DNA of 64,000 nt, from positions 1 to 64,000 of the forward strand of contig CBFIJD010000013.1 of assembly GCA_965662845.1 (NCBI GenBank), written 5' to 3'. Every line of letters starts with the position of its first letter. Within the stretch, counting starts at the first letter, position 1. Shown piece by piece: positions 59,509-64,000 of the stretch. This DNA is from an uncultured bacterium (GTDB lineage Bacteria > SAR324 > NAC60-12). The notes under the pieces were generated by a model that saw nothing but the letters and a program-made list of their open reading frames with translations, did not search any database and had not been told where the DNA came from. Position numbers and translations under genes: made by a program.

Positions 59509-61455
59509 CTACTCTTCTCCCTGCCGTGACAACCGCAGCGCGTTCGTGAACGGCTGTCCGCCTTCGGCAGGCAAGATCGCGTTTTCTAAACGATTTTCAT
59601 AGACCTTCAGCAGCGTCTCGCAATACTCGTCGAGGCGTTGTTGGCGCTTGGGCAGCTCTTCTGTGGCATAGTCTCGCCCTTCTGGCGCGGGCGCTAGCAC
59701 TTGGTGAAACACAAAGCGCAGGGAGGCTTGCGGGTAATGAATCATGTAGAGCAGAAACGGTAGCGCGTTCCCGTCGCTCTGTTTGCGCTCATACAGCTTG
59801 AGGAACAGCCACACTAGATGGTAGTAGCTCACACCTCGCTGGGCTTGTCTTTGCACAAATTCGTGAATGGAGTTCATATACTTCTCTGCGTTGAAGCGCT
59901 GCTTCGCGCCTTGCTTCGCCGCGTGCTCTCCATAATACCGCGTAATTAAGATCGAAGAGATGAAGTAGCTCCACGCCTTACGGAACTCACTCAACGGGAA
60001 CCGCTGGTGCTTGTGATCGGTCAGGAACTGCTCGGCGCATTCGGTGAGTACGCCGGCGGTTGACTGTGCCTGCTGCATCGATTTGAGCCGAAACTGAAAA
60101 TTGCGCCGCAGCTGCTGTAAGCGCTGCACACGCTTATCTTCCAGCGGATCTACGGTCGCATCTTGCAGTGGGAGCGCAATCCAACGATGCAAGCCGAGCA
60201 AGGCTTCCCAGAGCTTCAGATAGATCGAGTTGGCGTACATCTCTTGTAGCTCACGATGCTCGGCTTTCCACTCGCTGACAGGTCGTTCGTGCGAGAGCAG
60301 CTTCATCAACCGCAGCGAGAACTGCTGCTGCTCTTTCTTCAGCTCTGTCGTCAAGTTGGCCTCTGGCAGCAGGAACACAAGCGCCTTGCGCTCTTGCCGT
60401 AGCTGCTGCAGCCGCGCCGTAATCTGGGGAAGCAGCTCTTTGCGCTCCCAGTCTTGCTCGTCGTTCTCCAGCTTCTGCGCAATCTCTTCAACAAAGCCGA
60501 TCAGCGCGACGATCTCTTCCAGCTTATTGGACACCGAGCGCAGATAATGCGCGGGGTCTTCGGTTTCAAAGCGCCGATATCCTTTCAGCTCATGCGGGAG
60601 AACAAAGTGCAGTTGCTTGTCGAGTTTGCGCAGCTCTGTGACCGCGCGAAGCAGCACTCGTTGAGAATCTTGCCGGAACGCCTCAATAAAATCTTCAAAG
60701 GCGCGCTCAATCACGGCTTGTTGCGCGGGCTTGAGTTCTTGTTTCTCCCACTGCTGCAACCACTGCTGCGTGAGCTGCTCGCGCACTTGGGAGCCTTGCT
60801 TCTTGAGCGACATGCGATATTGCTTCGCGAAGGTGGCGCACTCTTGTTTCCAGCCTTCGGAGGGCACGTCTTGCGTGCGCAAGATGTCGAGCTTTTCGGG
60901 CATCCCTGCGCTCACGCGGGCTTCCTCTTGGGTTCCGCCCTGCTGGTAAAACTCCATGGGCAACACGCTCTCATTGAGATAAATCTCGCCAATCAGCTTT
61001 GAAAACAGCGTGCGTGTGGTGTTGATGACCTCCTCACTCGTCCGAATGGCGTCGGGCAAGATGACCGTCGCGGTATACACGCGAGAGGTCTCGTTGAACG
61101 CTAGGCGAGAGGCGGGGAGCGGGACTTTGCCTTGTAGGCCAAGGCCGGTCTCGGCTTCAAACTCGCTGACTGTCACAAAACGAACTTGGTGATTGGGATC
61201 GCGTAGGCGGAGATCGAGAGTGGCCGAAAACTCTAAAATGGACGGGATCAGGTGCTTGAGAAGCGCGGTCGCTCTCTCGGGGAGTCGAGGCGAGAAGCTG
61301 AGATTTTGCAGCACGAACTCCTTGTCGAAAGGACGCTCGGCTTTTTGGCGGTCGTATTCCTCGATTTGTTGTTCCAGCAGGTTGAGGTTGTCTTTCCTAC
61401 GGAACCGTTCTTCAAAAAATTCTTCGCTGAATCCGACAGCCATGCGGTCAATCAA
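59509..61455 (-). CDS. Large hypothetical alpha-helical protein
   Basis: 648 aa open frame rich in E/Q/L/R; no family recognised. Start may be ATG 61443. Confidence 0.8.
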   Translation of the reverse strand: MIDRMAVGFSEEFFEERFRRKDNLNLLEQQIEEYDRQKAERPFDKEFVLQNLSFSPRLPERATALLKHLIPSILEFSATLDLRLRDPNHQVRFVTVSEFEAETGLGLQGKVPLPASRLAFNETSRVYTATVILPDAIRTSEEVINTTRTLFSKLIGEIYLNESVLPMEFYQQGGTQEEARVSAGMPEKLDILRTQDVPSEGWKQECATFAKQYRMSLKKQGSQVREQLTQQWLQQWEKQELKPAQQAVIERAFEDFIEAFRQDSQRVLLRAVTELRKLDKQLHFVLPHELKGYRRFETEDPAHYLRSVSNKLEEIVALIGFVEEIAQKLENDEQDWERKELLPQITARLQQLRQERKALVFLLPEANLTTELKKEQQQFSLRLMKLLSHERPVSEWKAEHRELQEMYANSIYLKLWEALLGLHRWIALPLQDATVDPLEDKRVQRLQQLRRNFQFRLKSMQQAQSTAGVLTECAEQFLTDHKHQRFPLSEFRKAWSYFISSILITRYYGEHAAKQGAKQRFNAEKYMNSIHEFVQRQAQRGVSYYHLVWLFLKLYERKQSDGNALPFLLYMIHYPQASLRFVFHQVLAPAPEGRDYATEELPKRQQRLDEYCETLLKVYENRLENAILPAEGGQPFTNALRLSRQGEE

Positions 61456-61464
61456 AAGAAAGAA

Positions 61465-61692
61465 TTAGTGCTTGCGCACAGTCGCGATGTCGCTATTCCA
61501 GTGGCGGAGTTCGCGGGGGCCTTCAAGTGTCATTTTCAGGTGAATCAGCTCAGCGAATTGCTTGCTGTCGATTTCTACGTCTGGGTAACGACGTCGGAGA
61601 TAGCCCCATAGATTCAGGAAATTTTCTTCCTTTTTCTTCTCGTTTTCGAGTCGCCGCTCTTCTGGCAGCTCCACTTCGGAATGGTATCGCAT
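61465..61692 (-). CDS. Small hypothetical protein (75 aa)
   Basis: MRYHSEVELPEERRLENEKKKEENFLNLWGYLRRRYP...; ends about 10 nt before the 648 aa ORF. Confidence 0.6.
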   Translation of the reverse strand: MRYHSEVELPEERRLENEKKKEENFLNLWGYLRRRYPDVEIDSKQFAELIHLKMTLEGPRELRHWNSDIATVRKH

Positions 61693-61999
61693 GTGCTTTC
61701 TCGTGAAAAAATCTTTCAACAACGATCGTAGCCCTGATCCAGCGAGGACAGCGCGAAACGTGAACGTAACTTTCAGTCTTCCAATATCTGCAAACGGCTT
61801 GCCCATCCGACAAACCGCGCTGCACATTTCTCACAAGTTATTGATTTTTGAAGACTTAATTCTTCTTAATTGATATTGACCAGCACATTCCCTTGAACCG
61901 TCACTGCGGAAAGCCCCGAGTCCACACCATCTCGTGATCTGGCTCGATTTCTCCTTGCAGTGATTCTTCAGACTGTTCTTTCCCAGCCGGCTTGGTTCC

Positions 62000-63145
62000 A
62001 TGACGAATGCTCAACGCCCCCGCCTTGTGCTCAAGGTGGGCACCAATGTGTTGCAACGCCCCAATGCGCAACTTGATTACAATCTGATTCACGAGCTGTC
62101 CGCGACGATTGCTCAGCTACGCCAGCGAGGATATGACGTCTTGTTTGTAAGCTCTGGTTCCATTGGGGCGGGCCGAGAGCGCTGTAGACATCTCTCTGTC
62201 GACTCGCCCCAGTCTTCTGCGCAAGGACGCAAAGCGCTGGGTTTGCAGCAAATGCTAGCGGCGATCGGACAAGTTCGGTTGATGCAGATTTACTCTGAGT
62301 TTTTTCAGGAGCATCAAATTCTGGTGGCGCAGATGCTCTTGACCCGCAACGATTTTGCCCATCGCGCCGCTTATCTCAACATTCGCAACACGGTCGAACA
62401 AACACTGCGGGCCGGGGTTCTCCCCATCATCAATGAGAATGATGTCGTCTCTACCGCAGAACTCGCCCCGACTTTTGGCGACAATGATCAACTCGCCGTC
62501 TATGTCGCGGCGCTGGCAGGGGCCGAGCGCTTGTTTTTTCTGACCAGCGCCCCTGGGGTGCTCAAAGCCGAGATGAGCGCAGAGGGTCTCCCCCACGATG
62601 TGATCATCCCTGAGGTCTGGCAAGTGGATTCAGAGTTATTGCGACTCTGTCAGCGACCTAGCACCAGCGCAGGACGAGGTGGCATGGAGAGCAAAGTGCT
62701 CGCAGCAGGCAAAGCGATGTCGTTTGGAATTCATGCTCACATCGCAGCAGGCAAGCAACCCGACGTTGTGCCACGGATCCTCGCTGGTGAACGCATCGGG
62801 ACTCACTTCGTCGCGAACGACAAACCTGTGAGAGGCTACCGACAGTGGCTCGCTGCCGGAGCGCTGAGTCAGGGAGATTTGATCGTCGACGCCGGAGCGG
62901 AAGACGCGCTGCGGTATCGCAAAAAGAGCCTGCTGCTCTCCGGAGTTTGTGAAGTGCGTGGCGATTTTGAGGGACAAGTGCCTGTCAATATCCGGAACCT
63001 ACAGGGAGAGTTGCTCGGCGTCGGAACCGTCGCTAGCTCTGCACAGACCCTGCGTCACTTGCTTCAATCGCAAGACGTGTCTCGTCAAAACAAAGCGATT
63101 GTGAACCGTGATGACCTCTTTTTGACGGGGGGGCACTCCGTATGA
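62000..63145 (+). CDS. proB: Glutamate 5-kinase with PUA domain
   Basis: VLKVGT, VSSGSI, AAIGQ, PIINEND, FGDND.L, GRGGM.SK, C-terminal VDAGA..AL....SLL. Confidence 0.96.
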   Translation: MTNAQRPRLVLKVGTNVLQRPNAQLDYNLIHELSATIAQLRQRGYDVLFVSSGSIGAGRERCRHLSVDSPQSSAQGRKALGLQQMLAAIGQVRLMQIYSEFFQEHQILVAQMLLTRNDFAHRAAYLNIRNTVEQTLRAGVLPIINENDVVSTAELAPTFGDNDQLAVYVAALAGAERLFFLTSAPGVLKAEMSAEGLPHDVIIPEVWQVDSELLRLCQRPSTSAGRGGMESKVLAAGKAMSFGIHAHIAAGKQPDVVPRILAGERIGTHFVANDKPVRGYRQWLAAGALSQGDLIVDAGAEDALRYRKKSLLLSGVCEVRGDFEGQVPVNIRNLQGELLGVGTVASSAQTLRHLLQSQDVSRQNKAIVNRDDLFLTGGHSV

Positions 63146-64000
63146 GCGCGCCTCGCTGCCGTATCGAAAAGTTGGTTTTTGGTGGCGCAGGTCTGGCGCG
63201 GATGGATGGCAAAGTGGTTTTTGTATACGGCGCTTTTCCAGACGAAACTGTAGAGATTGAATATGTGCGGCAACAGCGAGACTTCTTAGAAGCGCGAGTC
63301 CTCAACGTGCTCGAGGCATCCCCGCAGCGAGTGGCTCCTATCGAGACGCACTGCTTTGCCTGCAGCCCTTGGCAAGAGCTCAACTATGAAGCCGAAAAGG
63401 ATTGGAAGCGCGCCATCACCCAAGAGACGCTGAAGCGTCAGACCACGCTTTGCAAAGAGGAGCTGACAATCGCACATGATCCTCGTCGTCTCGGCTATCG
63501 CAATCGCCTCGAATACCACTTCGCTCAACACGACCAACAGCTATGGTTCGCATTGCATGAACCTAGCACGCAGCGAGCAGTCCCCATTGAGTTTTGTCAG
63601 CTCGGGCTGCCGGCTTTGCAGCAAGCCTCTCTTGAGCTATTGCCGCTGCTGCGCGAAGCTCATTTACGTCCTGCAGAGCTGCAACGCCTGACCTTACGCG
63701 GAAATCGGCACGGACAGGTTCACGCGTTTCTCTCTCTTTCTCCTGCAGCCCAGCAGCGCCTAGGCCGACATCAAGCCCACTGGCCTGACACCACATTTGA
63801 GCTATTTCTGCTCGATCTCGACAAATCGCTCTCTCCCCAGACGCTGCCCCAGACACAGCTCACGGAGTCCTTGTCAGGGCACTCCGTCGCGTTTGGAGGC
63901 TTGGGTTTCTTTCAGGTCAATCCTTGGATGTTGGATCAACTTCTGACGTACTTGAGGCCGTTCGTGGCAGGGCGGGACATTTTGGATTTTTACGGAGGGG
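63142..64000 (+). CDS. TRAM-domain RNA (uracil-5)-methyltransferase, RumA/RlmD family (partial)
   Basis: Manual translation: IEKLVFGGAGLAR.DGKVVFV, GYRNRLEY, GFFQVN, ILDFYGG; runs off the window end. Confidence 0.9.
   Translation, partial: MSAPRCRIEKLVFGGAGLARMDGKVVFVYGAFPDETVEIEYVRQQRDFLEARVLNVLEASPQRVAPIETHCFACSPWQELNYEAEKDWKRAITQETLKRQTTLCKEELTIAHDPRRLGYRNRLEYHFAQHDQQLWFALHEPSTQRAVPIEFCQLGLPALQQASLELLPLLREAHLRPAELQRLTLRGNRHGQVHAFLSLSPAAQQRLGRHQAHWPDTTFELFLLDLDKSLSPQTLPQTQLTESLSGHSVAFGGLGFFQVNPWMLDQLLTYLRPFVAGRDILDFYGG

Overview
A 64 kb, gene-dense, moderately GC-rich bacterial chromosomal segment. Gene content suggests a diderm, deltaproteobacteria/SAR324-like organism (inference only). 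It is mostly housekeeping: tRNA-Phe, tRNA-Gln, slt, alr, PBP1A, menB, coaE, lon, thrC, lnt, lpxL-like, ileS, leuA, leuS, proB, a RumA-like methyltransferase and gspGHIJ. I found no CRISPR array, prophage or intact mobile element. The most notable items are: (1) a compact seven-gene reactive-sulfur operon at 12354-16552 (TauE, DUF2892, exported Tll0287-like c-type cytochrome, two-Cys SqrR/BigR-type repressor, persulfide dioxygenase-rhodanese fusion, YeeE pair) that has no SQR and carries a candidate operator inside its promoter; (2) four intact but apparently catalytically altered enzyme homologues: a long RelA/SpoT with a degenerate synthetase domain, a serine recombinase lacking its catalytic Ser, an alpha/beta hydrolase lacking its triad, and a DAGK-like fold lacking GGDGT; (3) a Met-rich phasin-like gene with a strong promoter, followed by an unusual disordered-linker/ribbon-helix-helix protein. 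All calls come from motif recognition by eye; no database searches were run.
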